A DNA stretch of 64,000 nucleotides, taken from an uncultured Gammaproteobacteria bacterium. Lineage in GTDB: Bacteria; Patescibacteriota; Microgenomatia; UBA10105; UBA927. Both the position numbers and the translations under genes were made by a program. The stretch spans positions 513,319 to 577,318 of the forward strand of contig CAZVTT010000001.1 of the NCBI GenBank assembly GCA_964629685.1, read 5' to 3'. Under the pieces are notes generated by a model. The model was not told where the DNA came from. It made no database searches and worked only from the letters and a program-made list of their open reading frames with translations. Positions 39,878 to 49,612 of the stretch are shown here, piece by piece. The stretch's first letter is position 1. Each line of letters opens with the position of its first letter.

Positions 39878-40315
39878 ATGAAATATTTAAAACGGTATGG
39901 TGGTTTATATGCTGTAACCCTGACTTTATTTTTGGTGATTGATTTAATATGGTTAGGTGTAATTACTCCGGCGTTTTATTTTAAGCAATTGGGTTATATT
40001 ATGCGTACGGATGTGTACTGGGCGCCAGCGTTTTTTTTGTATTTGTTGTTAGTTATCGGTTTATTAATTTTCGCAGTCGTGCCGGCACTCCGCAGAAGAT
40101 CTCTGTCGTCAGCTATGATCTACGGTGGTTTATTTGGGTTTTTTAGTTATGCTACGTATGACTTGACGAATTATGCTACTATTACCGGCTGGCCATTTGT
40201 GGTAACGGTAGTTGACATTATTTGGGGAACCGTACTTTGCGGCAGTATCTCAGCGTTTAGTTTCTTAGTCGGTAATCGGGTGTTTAAATTATCGTACCCT
40301 TCTCATACTGTCTGA
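39878..40315 (+). CDS. DUF2177 family membrane protein
   Basis: D.IWL, YATYDLTN.AT...WP.....DI.WG. Confidence 0.9.
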   Translation: MKYLKRYGGLYAVTLTLFLVIDLIWLGVITPAFYFKQLGYIMRTDVYWAPAFFLYLLLVIGLLIFAVVPALRRRSLSSAMIYGGLFGFFSYATYDLTNYATITGWPFVVTVVDIIWGTVLCGSISAFSFLVGNRVFKLSYPSHTV

Positions 40316-40333
40316 AGTCCGCACGATTGTGTT

Positions 40334-41212
40334 ATGAAAGATATGCATTTAGCTCGGGTTGTGTATATTACCGGTTGTTCATCCGGTTTCGGTTATGGAA
40401 TGGCTCTTACGTTCGCCAGGAACGGTGACATCGTTATCGCCGGAGTTCGTAATCCCAAAAAGCCTGAAGTACAAAAACTTAAGCAGATAGCGGAAACGGA
40501 AAAATTAGCACTTCAAATATATACGTTAGATGTAACGAAGCCGGAACAGATTAAACAGGTAACGAAAGCAGTTACTGATGAGCATAACAGGATAGACATA
40601 TTGATAAATAATGCCGGCTATGGATATCTTGGTCCTGTAGAAGATTGTGCCATTGAAGATGTTATGGATATTCATAACACGAATGTTCTGGGAGTTCTTC
40701 GGATGACCCAAGCTGTAATTCCAATTATGAGAGCACAAAAAACTGGTTTGATCATAAATTTCAGTTCCGTTAGCGGTGTTGTTCCGTTCCCGTTGTTTAG
40801 TATTTATTCATCAACGAAATACGCTATAGAAACAATCACAGAAGGGTTGCGGTTTGAACTGGCACATTTTGGCATTGATGTCGTTTTAGTAGAGCCGGGA
40901 TCCTTTGCTACAGGATTTACCGAGAATAGGAAGTTTCCCAAGCGGATGCAACGAGCTGACTCTCCGTATAGACCGTTGTTAAACAATTTTTTGTCACGGT
41001 ATAAGCAGACACATAGTGTTAGCAGACCAAAATTTATTTCTAAAGTAGCGAATCCCCAGATAGTGGTAGATAGGGTATATAAGATATCTTTGGAAAAGAA
41101 ACCCGGCTTACGTCATCTGATCGGGAGCGATGCGTGGCTATATTTTATTATCCGTAAACTGGTTCCATTTCCGCTCTGGGAAAAACTTCTCTCGTATACG
41201 TATAAGTGGTAA
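40334..41212 (+). CDS. Short-chain dehydrogenase/reductase
   Basis: TGCSSGFG, LINNAG, YSSTK (YxxxK), VEPG. Confidence 0.92.
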   Translation: MKDMHLARVVYITGCSSGFGYGMALTFARNGDIVIAGVRNPKKPEVQKLKQIAETEKLALQIYTLDVTKPEQIKQVTKAVTDEHNRIDILINNAGYGYLGPVEDCAIEDVMDIHNTNVLGVLRMTQAVIPIMRAQKTGLIINFSSVSGVVPFPLFSIYSSTKYAIETITEGLRFELAHFGIDVVLVEPGSFATGFTENRKFPKRMQRADSPYRPLLNNFLSRYKQTHSVSRPKFISKVANPQIVVDRVYKISLEKKPGLRHLIGSDAWLYFIIRKLVPFPLWEKLLSYTYKW

Positions 41213-41214
41213 CG

Positions 41215-41604
41215 TTATCGCAGGAAGTCAAGGAAAAACCCAAGTAATAACGCCAGCGCGGAAATAACGAAAATGAAGATATAGTTCCATTTTTCCTTTG
41301 TGGATTTTAGCGTGTTTAAAATATAATCGAGTGCCTCACGGTCGTCTGCAGGTAATCCTTCAAGTTTTTGAATTTTTTCGGAAAGGTTAAGATCCCGAAT
41401 GAGTTTGGCTCTCTTTTCGGATATCTCATACCGATGAAGGAAATAGAGTATGAACCCGACGGTTCCAATGTACCAGGATGCTTTTGCAAGTGTAGGGCTA
41501 TAGTCATTTAGTACGACAATGATCCGATAACAAAATGTGGCTACAATACCGGTCCAGAAAAAAAACTCACGGACTGCTTTTGAATGTAATTTTGGTTTCT
41601 CCAT
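41215..41604 (-). CDS. Hypothetical membrane protein
   Basis: Three hydrophobic segments; TACAAT 7 nt before the ATG. Confidence 0.7.
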   Translation of the reverse strand: MEKPKLHSKAVREFFFWTGIVATFCYRIIVVLNDYSPTLAKASWYIGTVGFILYFLHRYEISEKRAKLIRDLNLSEKIQKLEGLPADDREALDYILNTLKSTKEKWNYIFIFVISALALLLGFFLDFLR

Positions 41605-41640
41605 ATAGGATATTGTACACGATCAATTTACCGCTGAGTA

Positions 41641-42093
41641 TTACGACATGAAGCGGACTATAAGTAGTCCTATAATTACTACCGCTATTTGAGGTATTAT
41701 TCCTAAAAGAGAAGCGGTTTCCCTCTGAATCCGGCAGTGCCAATTCCAATAGGTTCGGTATATTTTAGTACTTTCTATTTTTGCAAAATGGAACTGATTA
41801 ACGATGACGTCTGAGTCCGGTAATATTCCGGCAAATGCACCGACAAAAATATTTGGTGTAAGTTGTGGATGTCTGGCAGTAATGTAATATAAGCAGAATC
41901 CGGTAACAATAACATCTATAACAGTTCGGACAATCGTAAACGAATTCGCATTATATGGTGGTAACGTTTCCTGCCAGTGTGGAATTGTATCAAGAACATA
42001 GTGACTGGCAACTGCTAACGGGATAGAAAAAACGGGATTAGGGAGTAGAACAGCAATGGTCGCTCCGGTGACTGCGTGTGGAGTAATAACCAT
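41641..42093 (-). CDS. Membrane protein of the YdjM-like metal-dependent hydrolase group
   Basis: H...G, SH..LD.IPHW, LPD, H motifs. Confidence 0.65.
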   Translation of the reverse strand: MVITPHAVTGATIAVLLPNPVFSIPLAVASHYVLDTIPHWQETLPPYNANSFTIVRTVIDVIVTGFCLYYITARHPQLTPNIFVGAFAGILPDSDVIVNQFHFAKIESTKIYRTYWNWHCRIQRETASLLGIIPQIAVVIIGLLIVRFMS

Positions 42094-42204
42094 ACGTGCA
42101 TAGTATCATATTCCCGTTAAATTCGGGGAGTCTATAGGGTTGTCTTCAAGAACGACTAGGGGTAATATATGGACGGTTGACCGGCAAAATAATCAAGTTA
42201 GTCT

Positions 42205-43569
42205 ATGGCCATGCATGAATATACCAGCGAATCTTCGGATACAGGAAATCAGGTTGAAAGAATCCTGAGTCCAGATAAGTATCCCTCGTTACTTCATTTT
42301 CATATATATCAGCCGCCAAGAATATTACGGTTAGACAGTGACACCGGTTCGCAGGAAATTTTTAATATTTCCGGAATGGATAGAGTCGAGGGTGGATATA
42401 ATCATGCAATAACGGGACAAAGCTATCGAAATCTGATTGAACATGGGATTCTGACCGATCCGTTAGTGAGTTGGAATTTGTACGGAGTAACGGCGGACTG
42501 GATGAATGAATTTGAGCCTGATTTATTAAGAAAACTTCAAGAACGGCCGGAGACTGCACTTAAACCCGTCGGAGATACCTACTTACATGTGATTATGCCG
42601 TTTTTTTCTGACGACCATAAACGCATGTTATTCCGGATGGGTAACCTTGTGTATAAAGAACACTGGGGGACTAGTCCGGATGTCCTTTGGTTACCGGAAT
42701 CCGCTGTCGATACAGCGACACTTACCGCAATGGCGGCAGAAGGAATACCGGGAGTTTTATTGCGAAATCACCAGATTCACGCAGATGTGGGAGCCTCTGC
42801 GTACCAGGTGGAAACAGGTAAAGGCCGAATAACGGTATTTCCCAATGACGGTGATTTAGGCAGAACGCTTGCATATGACCATCCATGGGCAGATGTTTTT
42901 ACCGATACGTGGTCTGAGGTAGCTGCCACAAGGGGACATATGATACGAGTGGCAGTAGACGGGGAAACGATCGGTTGGCACTGGAAAGAGGCGGATGGTG
43001 CATTATTATTTGCTGATTGGTTGGTTACGTACCTTAAAGATGGTCACAATGGACATAAAATTCCGTTACCGGAAGCGGGAGAAATTCCACAAGCCACAGT
43101 CGTCGAGAATTCCAGTTGGAGTTGTCTTGATGACGGAGTGGGACGTTGGCAAGGTTCCGATAGCTGCAGTTGTGATCTTCCCGGAGATCGTTTAGCGGCA
43201 GATATTGTCAGGCATTCCAAACGGGATTTATATACCAAAATGCAACGCGCGAGTGCGCGTATTGAAAATCAAATAGATTCGCTTTACCAGGGTGCCGGTG
43301 ATGGAACCGGATTATCTTTGGGAAGAGTGGCATACATGAACTGGTTTTTATCACAGCGTCGCTTTTTAGCCAGAGGTGAACCGGTTTCTTTTGCAGGTCT
43401 TCCCGCTGATCAACAGTCACTATTCAGACTTACCATGCTTCGTGATATCGGTTCAACCAGTTGCGGGTGGTTTTTTGGTGATGTAGAAGGTTACGAGAGA
43501 CAGATACCTGCCAATTGTTTAACGGCTATCGCTGAATTTACCGGGTGGGAAGATGTTAGACCGACATAA
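42205..43569 (+). CDS. Glycoside hydrolase family 57 (DUF3536-like)
   Basis: HFHIYQPPR, Y.H.IMP, WLPESAVD nucleophile, DGETIGWH, SSWSC...GRW...C.C, TSCGWFF. Confidence 0.85.
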   Translation: MAMHEYTSESSDTGNQVERILSPDKYPSLLHFHIYQPPRILRLDSDTGSQEIFNISGMDRVEGGYNHAITGQSYRNLIEHGILTDPLVSWNLYGVTADWMNEFEPDLLRKLQERPETALKPVGDTYLHVIMPFFSDDHKRMLFRMGNLVYKEHWGTSPDVLWLPESAVDTATLTAMAAEGIPGVLLRNHQIHADVGASAYQVETGKGRITVFPNDGDLGRTLAYDHPWADVFTDTWSEVAATRGHMIRVAVDGETIGWHWKEADGALLFADWLVTYLKDGHNGHKIPLPEAGEIPQATVVENSSWSCLDDGVGRWQGSDSCSCDLPGDRLAADIVRHSKRDLYTKMQRASARIENQIDSLYQGAGDGTGLSLGRVAYMNWFLSQRRFLARGEPVSFAGLPADQQSLFRLTMLRDIGSTSCGWFFGDVEGYERQIPANCLTAIAEFTGWEDVRPT

Positions 43570-43575
43570 TTTCCG

Positions 43576-45015
43576 TTATCTGACGCGGATAAAAATCGTG
43601 GCAACGTTATCCTCATATATCGTTAACCAACGTCCAAGCCTTTCAAGATCCAATAACCGGTTATATATGGGTAACGTTTGAGGAATAAAAACCGTATTAT
43701 ACGGTGACGCATCAATATCGATACTCTGTGTCATATATGCTGAGTAGCGTGAGTAGGGACTTTCTCCAGTTTCATCTTCCCATAGCGGCATGCGGCCGTC
43801 GATGCTGGGAGGAATGTGTGGATAGTTCCATATAAGCCATCCCCCCCAGTCATAATACGTCAGAATTGGTAGTTCCCACTGGTGAGTACTAAGAAATTGA
43901 GCTGCTTGAGTAGGACATCCTAACGTGGTGCAGTATGTATTCCACGACATGGTTTTAAGTTCAGTAATGCGGTTTATCCCAAGTCCAATAATCGCGAATA
44001 AAATAAAACATTGGAGGAGTAATTTGAACTTATTTGTATTGATTTTTGTACTGGGAATTGATCTAGGTAGAATTTCGGAAAGGATGAGAAAACTGAAACA
44101 GTAAAACATAATACCATACCTACGCTGTAAGATACTTAATCCGAGAAATAGTAGTGCTATAACCATCCATACCCAGTACTGTTTTGTTTTGCGTTTATAT
44201 ACAAGGAAGAGTATTCCGATAATCGTGAAGAAGGCCATACCCATCAGTTGCCACCAATAGAGTGAAAATGTATCCAACGGTACCCATTCGCCAATATTCG
44301 ACATAATAGGATTGCCGATATATTTTCGGAATTCCAGGAAAATGGTATAGCCGAATGGATTAAACACGCATGCGGCAAAAGCGGAAAATACGAGGATGCT
44401 ATACCGAGTGATATGTTTTTTGAACGAATTCGTGTGCAAAAATAATTGACTAATTGTCCATACGGAAAGCACAATAAGTCCGATGATTACCTGGCCATGA
44501 ATATTGGCCCACAGCATGAAAAGCAGCGGGATGATTACGAGTATCTTTTGATTTTTTTCTCCAAGACGTAATACCCGACTGAGTACACCAAGAAAGGCAA
44601 GGCTAATTAATTGTCCGCGGAAAGATACCAACCAGTAAGGTTGTGATACATATACGAAGATTGGATAAATAAGAAATTGTTGCAGTGCGTTAAGCCCTGC
44701 GGCCTTAGAAAATAGAAGTAAAGCAATCAGGCTCAATCCCGCACCACCCAAAGATAAAGCCTGAAATCCTCCAATCCGGTAAAGTGCGTACGAGAGTATG
44801 TCGGTACCTGTGGTTGAATTTATCCAACGGTATGCGGGTAGAGTTGTGGAAAATATGTTAGTACGGAGTACTTGCTGATGTTGCCAAGCATATTCGCCGT
44901 ACTTTAAATGCCAACCAAGATCCAGGTCAGCAGGGTGGGAAATAAAAAGCACGAACGTCAGCAGATAGAGGAGTAGTAACGAAAGGTTTGACTTAGCATT
45001 CGGAAAGTACTTCAT
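43576..45015 (-). CDS. Polytopic GT-C-like membrane protein, paralog A
   Basis: DLDLGWHLKYGE, RGQL, WANIHG, I.EW.P, WGGWLIW, IDGRM. Confidence 0.7.
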   Translation of the reverse strand: MKYFPNAKSNLSLLLLYLLTFVLFISHPADLDLGWHLKYGEYAWQHQQVLRTNIFSTTLPAYRWINSTTGTDILSYALYRIGGFQALSLGGAGLSLIALLLFSKAAGLNALQQFLIYPIFVYVSQPYWLVSFRGQLISLAFLGVLSRVLRLGEKNQKILVIIPLLFMLWANIHGQVIIGLIVLSVWTISQLFLHTNSFKKHITRYSILVFSAFAACVFNPFGYTIFLEFRKYIGNPIMSNIGEWVPLDTFSLYWWQLMGMAFFTIIGILFLVYKRKTKQYWVWMVIALLFLGLSILQRRYGIMFYCFSFLILSEILPRSIPSTKINTNKFKLLLQCFILFAIIGLGINRITELKTMSWNTYCTTLGCPTQAAQFLSTHQWELPILTYYDWGGWLIWNYPHIPPSIDGRMPLWEDETGESPYSRYSAYMTQSIDIDASPYNTVFIPQTLPIYNRLLDLERLGRWLTIYEDNVATIFIRVR

Positions 45016-46001
45016 GTCTGCATAAGAATATTCCCGGGGATGGTATGGTTTATCTTTTTCAGTTTTGCGACAAAAAATCCTTCCATGGTATCACTCGGGA
45101 TTATGCGAAGTGTTCGAGCAATTTCCGGCAGGTATGTCCTATTGTGCCAGGATAAGATCGCGGGATATTTCGTGAGGTGTGGTATGTCTATGGCTTCAAG
45201 TTGTATGGCAGCACCTTCTTTACGAAGTAACCAGTCTATTACTCCTTCGTTCTCTTCCGGCGCCAGCGTGCAGGTAGAATATACAATCGTACCACCAACT
45301 TTGGTCGCGCTTACTGCTGACCGTAAAAGAAATCTCTGGCGTTCCGCCAGTTCTTTGATTTTTTTAGGTGTCCAATGCAGGTAGGATTTTGGGTCATCTA
45401 TTTGGAATCGTCCTTCCATACTACACGGGACATCTACTAACGTTTTATCAAAATATTCAGGGTATTCCTGCCAGAATATTTGTCCCTGACGGTTGGTTAC
45501 AACCGTATTTGTGGTGCCCTGTACTTCCAGGTTGGCTTTAAGTTTAAATATTCTAATATGACTATTATCATTGGCAACAATTCTTCCGGTATTCTGCATC
45601 ATGGCAGCCATTTGCGTCGTCTTGCTGCCGGGCGCCGCAGTAAGATCCAGTACGGTTTCATTTGGTTGGGGTGCTAGTACCAGCGGTGGGATCATACTCG
45701 ATAAACTTTGAACATAAAATAGACCTGCAGCATACTCCGGTAAATCGGTGAGCGTACGCAAAGAAGTTTCAGGAACAATAAACGCATTATCCCACCAGGA
45801 AATAGGTAATAACGGTATACCGTAGCCGGTGAATTTTTCCTGTAAAGCTGTAACGGTTATTTTTGTGGTATTTACCCGTAAGGTAGTGGGACGTTTACGC
45901 GAAAATGCTTGCAGTATTGCCGTAACGGTTTCTGAGGGGAATAGTTCCTGCAGTCGTGCTATAAATGGCTCCGGTATGCCGCCGCCCTGATGCTTCTTCA
46001 T
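45012..46001 (-). CDS. RsmF/NOL1/NOP2 RNA m5C methyltransferase
   Basis: VQSLSSM, LDLTAAPGSKT, DVPCS, YSTCT.APEENE, EGFFVAKL. Confidence 0.92.
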   Translation of the reverse strand: MKKHQGGGIPEPFIARLQELFPSETVTAILQAFSRKRPTTLRVNTTKITVTALQEKFTGYGIPLLPISWWDNAFIVPETSLRTLTDLPEYAAGLFYVQSLSSMIPPLVLAPQPNETVLDLTAAPGSKTTQMAAMMQNTGRIVANDNSHIRIFKLKANLEVQGTTNTVVTNRQGQIFWQEYPEYFDKTLVDVPCSMEGRFQIDDPKSYLHWTPKKIKELAERQRFLLRSAVSATKVGGTIVYSTCTLAPEENEGVIDWLLRKEGAAIQLEAIDIPHLTKYPAILSWHNRTYLPEIARTLRIIPSDTMEGFFVAKLKKINHTIPGNILMQT

Positions 46002-46055
46002 GGCCACACTATATCAGATTTTTCAGGTTTGATCATATTTCGGAATACTTGGTTG

Positions 46056-47522
46056 CTACTTCGTACGTGCAAAAATACTGGCATTGGCATCTTCGTATAT
46101 CAGTTTCCATGTGCCTTCACGTACTAATTCCTGCAGGCGGTTATATATTGGTTTATATGTTGGTGTCAGTACGGTGTTATATGGGGATTTATCCACGTCT
46201 GTTATATTTTGTTCCCATGAATAATATTCCGAAAACGCACTATACCCGTCAGGAGATCGCCAAAGTGACATCCGGCCATCTATGCTGGGTTTTATTGCCG
46301 GATATCGCCAGATCAGCCATCCGCCCCAATTATAGATGGTCAATAGTGGCGCCTGCCAGCGATGTTCTAATAGAAATACTGCCGCCGGTTCGGAACAACC
46401 GATAACTTTGCAGTAAGTTATCCAGTTCATTGTTCCTGCCTGTATAGTATTTGCTGATGAGAATAATCCGAAACCCAGCAATAGAAGACATATAGCAATG
46501 ATAACCCTGTGTTCTATGTGGCTACGTATGAACGTAATATTTTGTGGTACGACTGTTATGAGAAGAGGTAGCGTCATAAAGTAATACATCCAGGCATATC
46601 TGCGTTGTGCCAGAGCAAAACCCAACAGCAGAAATGCAATTATTACCCAGGGTAACTGTGTGAGCATTTTATTTTTGCGTAATACCCGAAATGCAGCGAA
46701 TATAAGAAACAGACTCGAAATTACGAGATACTTCCAGTCTATAGACAGAAATGGGTACGGGGTCCATTCCGCGATGGCATGTATATTCTGATTTCCGATA
46801 TAGAGAAGTGGTTCGAGTATAGTGCCGGCACCATAGGGGTTAACTAAACTGAGGAGCCAGGAGAGTAAGTAGGATAAAAATAGAGTTAACAGTACGGTAT
46901 TCTTGTTCTTCGGATTTTCGGTTAAGACTGTCAGTATCCGGAATACTAGCCAAATTGTGAAAACAGCAAAGCCGATGATTATCTGACCATGAACGTTCGC
47001 CCAAATCCAGAAAATAAGTGGACATATAGTTACTGTTTTATATTTTTGTTCTGCCCGAAGGAGTATCCATGTTAATATTGCCAAAAATCCCAAACTCAGT
47101 AATTGTCCGCGGAACGAAATAACGGTATATGGACGGGTAACGATTATGAGTAAAGGAAAGAGTACGATTCTTTGCAACGCAGACATATGTACTGCTTTTG
47201 CAAAGAAATAATATATAAAGGTGTTTACCAGTGCACCTGCCAGTGCCAGACCGAAAAATCCTCCAGATTGATATACCAAATAAGTAAATAAATCAGTTCC
47301 GGACGTAGCGTTTACCCAATGGTAACCCTCCATCATTGTGGAGAACGTGTTTATCCGGAGCACGTTTAAGTGCTGCGAAATATACTCACCGTATTTCAGA
47401 TGCCATCCCAGATCAAAGTCTATGGGGTGGTATATATGAACGAGAAATATAAACGTGAATAAACAGAGCGCCGCGAGATTCCGGTAGAAAAATTTAAGCA
47501 GTGTTTTTCCGACTCTGTTCAT
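46056..47522 (-). CDS. Polytopic GT-C-like membrane protein, paralog B
   Basis: Same motifs as paralog A; start ATG 47522, since the longer ORF overlaps the divergent gene. Confidence 0.7.
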   Translation of the reverse strand: MNRVGKTLLKFFYRNLAALCLFTFIFLVHIYHPIDFDLGWHLKYGEYISQHLNVLRINTFSTMMEGYHWVNATSGTDLFTYLVYQSGGFFGLALAGALVNTFIYYFFAKAVHMSALQRIVLFPLLIIVTRPYTVISFRGQLLSLGFLAILTWILLRAEQKYKTVTICPLIFWIWANVHGQIIIGFAVFTIWLVFRILTVLTENPKNKNTVLLTLFLSYLLSWLLSLVNPYGAGTILEPLLYIGNQNIHAIAEWTPYPFLSIDWKYLVISSLFLIFAAFRVLRKNKMLTQLPWVIIAFLLLGFALAQRRYAWMYYFMTLPLLITVVPQNITFIRSHIEHRVIIAICLLLLGFGLFSSANTIQAGTMNWITYCKVIGCSEPAAVFLLEHRWQAPLLTIYNWGGWLIWRYPAIKPSIDGRMSLWRSPDGYSAFSEYYSWEQNITDVDKSPYNTVLTPTYKPIYNRLQELVREGTWKLIYEDANASIFARTK

Positions 47523-47582
47523 AAGTTCTGAACGTATAATAATGAAAAAAGCGTTCACTGATACAATACAATAAGAAACACT

Positions 47583-48521
47583 ATGGACAAAGTACCAACT
47601 ACAATAGTAAGCGGGTTTTTGGGAAGCGGAAAAACAACTATCATTTCCGGACTTATAGATGAGTTGCAAAAACGAAATGAGCAGGTGGTTTATATTAAAA
47701 ATGAGATTGGCGACGAAAATGTAGATGCCAAACTCATGGAAGGCAAACACATCGCAACGAAGCAGTTACTAAATGGTTGTATTTGTTGTACGTTGACCGG
47801 TCCGTTTATTTCGGCAATCGAAGAAGTACTTACGTCCTTACGTCCGGACAGAATAGTTATTGAAGCGTCCGGTGTAGCTGATCCGTCGGCCTTGGCCCTT
47901 ATGGTTTCTGCGCAGCCGGGTTTACATAGGGATGGAGTGTTAACCATAATTGATGTCGTACATTTTGAAGGGTATAAGGACTTGAGTTTTGCCGCCAGAG
48001 AACAAGCGAAGTTTACGGATTTAATTATTTTTAACAAAGTCGAACTTGCTGATACCGCACGCAAGGTTGCAGTCGTTGGATATGTACGGGAACTTAACGA
48101 TTTCGCACCAATCGTGGAAGCTCCCCAAGGAAAAATTGCCGCAAGCGTAGTCTTCGGTATTTCCAAAATGGAGCTTGATTCATTACTTTTAAAGAAGCAG
48201 CAACAGGAAGAGCAGGGTGAACCCCGACATCACCATCTAGAGGAGGATATGATCCAGACGGTGAAATTTGAAACGGACCTAATTATGGATCAGGAGAAAC
48301 TTTCGGAAATATTGGAAAATTTTCCGCTAAACGTATTTAGGGTTAAAGGGTATATTCGTACAGCAACAAATTCTTTACTGGTAAATCGGGTCGGAAAGCG
48401 CTTGGATTATTTACCCTATTCCGAATTACTTCATTCTTCCGTTCTTATTTGTATCGGTTTTAATATTTCGGAAAATAAAGATGAGTTATTCGAAAAGTTA
48501 GCCGGTAGTCTTAGTACATGA
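47583..48521 (+). CDS. COG0523/CobW-family G3E GTPase metallochaperone
   Basis: SGFLGSGKTT, NE.G, GCICC, EASG, NKVE, short His patch, R.KG. Confidence 0.93.
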   Translation: MDKVPTTIVSGFLGSGKTTIISGLIDELQKRNEQVVYIKNEIGDENVDAKLMEGKHIATKQLLNGCICCTLTGPFISAIEEVLTSLRPDRIVIEASGVADPSALALMVSAQPGLHRDGVLTIIDVVHFEGYKDLSFAAREQAKFTDLIIFNKVELADTARKVAVVGYVRELNDFAPIVEAPQGKIAASVVFGISKMELDSLLLKKQQQEEQGEPRHHHLEEDMIQTVKFETDLIMDQEKLSEILENFPLNVFRVKGYIRTATNSLLVNRVGKRLDYLPYSELLHSSVLICIGFNISENKDELFEKLAGSLST

Positions 48522-48524
48522 ACG

Positions 48525-48554
48525 CCAACAAACCCCGCTGTCGGGGCTTATTGG
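48525..48554. terminator. Hairpin between convergent genes
   Basis: CCAAcAA.CCCCG-ctgt-CGGGG.TTaTTGG. Confidence 0.55.
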
Positions 48555-48582
48555 TGACAATTATCTTTACGTAAAAAACGTA

Positions 48583-48756
48583 TTAAGCTACTTTGTCGTA
48601 GTCAGCTTTTGATACAAACTTCGTCAATGGTCGACCATCGGAAGTTACTCCTCGGACGGCATAACGCACTTGACCTCGGTTTTTGTATTCTTTTCGTTCA
48701 GTAACTTCGGCCTCGACGGTTGTGCGGGTTTTGACATCATAAAATTTCATCTTCAT
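48583..48756 (-). CDS. Small basic protein, 57 aa, CC1/DUF5679-like putative nucleoid protein (not in ORF track)
   Basis: MKMKFYDVKTRTTVEAEVTERKEYKNRGQVRYAVRGVTSDGRPLTKFVSKADYDKVA; perfect SD AAGGAGGTGA; TTGACA-18-TACTAT promoter. Confidence 0.8.
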   Translation of the reverse strand: MKMKFYDVKTRTTVEAEVTERKEYKNRGQVRYAVRGVTSDGRPLTKFVSKADYDKVA

Positions 48757-48938
48757 ATTGTCTCACCTCCTTAGTGTGAAGCGAGACTATAGTAGGGCAA
48801 TACGTTTGAGCGTGTCAAGCCTTGAAAGTTTTATTTTGCCGCGTTTTCAAAATCCAAATGAAGCATTTCCTGCTAGAGATTACGATTCGGAACGTAATAG
48901 CGGTCCAAGTTAGAATGGATAAATTAGGTTAGTCTGCT

Positions 48939-49601
48939 TTAGAAGGTAATAACTTTTTCCACAGGGAGATTATGAAAGGTAATACCCGGGAGGGGTTCAG
49001 AGCAAACAATTGTCATCTCTCGTTTTTTCGAAATTTTAAGTCCGTAGTAATCTGGGTAGGCAGCATATTGACAGTAAACCGAAAACTGTTCACCGTCAGA
49101 AACGCCTATATTTAAAGCCTGTACCGTTTGAGTGTGTTGCCGCAACTGATAAATAGTTTTTTCTAATGCCGTGTAGAGTGGGGCATCTGCAGTATTTTGA
49201 AGAAACAAGGACCGGATTTTTTGTGCACCAATCTGTCCGGAAAGCGGAGTAGAAAATTTTACGCCTTTTAGTAATCCGTTAAATACGAAAGCGTAAGAAT
49301 TGGCGGTGTACGGCTGATTATATTCCAAGTGACCTTTATCTTTCGCAAATGACGCACTTCTGGCATGTACTAAAAACATATTTGTAGCGGGAAAATCGGA
49401 AAACGCCGGTGTATCTTGCCAAACGGGTAACAATGAGGTGTAGGTTTTCCATGAATTATCGGCTCGTGAACAGATACCCCAGCCGTCACCTTGCCAGTCA
49501 CCGTCTAAGGCGCGACTGTTTTTTGCCATTTCCGCAAAACTTTTGAGTATTGTAGCCGGCTGAATAGGCTTGGTTGATTTTACTAACAAGAATCGACACA
49601 T
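48939..49601 (-). CDS. Class II glutamine amidotransferase-like Ntn hydrolase (GATase_4/EgtC/YafJ group); candidate LysW-lysine hydrolase
   Basis: N-terminal MCR, DGWG, HARSAS, NQPY, FNG; 11 nt downstream of lysJ. Confidence 0.85.
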   Translation of the reverse strand: MCRFLLVKSTKPIQPATILKSFAEMAKNSRALDGDWQGDGWGICSRADNSWKTYTSLLPVWQDTPAFSDFPATNMFLVHARSASFAKDKGHLEYNQPYTANSYAFVFNGLLKGVKFSTPLSGQIGAQKIRSLFLQNTADAPLYTALEKTIYQLRQHTQTVQALNIGVSDGEQFSVYCQYAAYPDYYGLKISKKREMTIVCSEPLPGITFHNLPVEKVITF

Positions 49602-49612
49602 AGGTGTATACC

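Noticed and set aside
47523-47582. Zur box upstream of the COG0523 GTPase
   Set aside because: No copy of TGCAAAT-N-ATTTGCA; only a widely spaced TGAACG...CGTTCA repeat
47523-47750. N-terminal extension of ORF 46056-47750
   Set aside because: Overlaps the divergent COG0523 gene; similarity to the paralog begins only after ATG 47522
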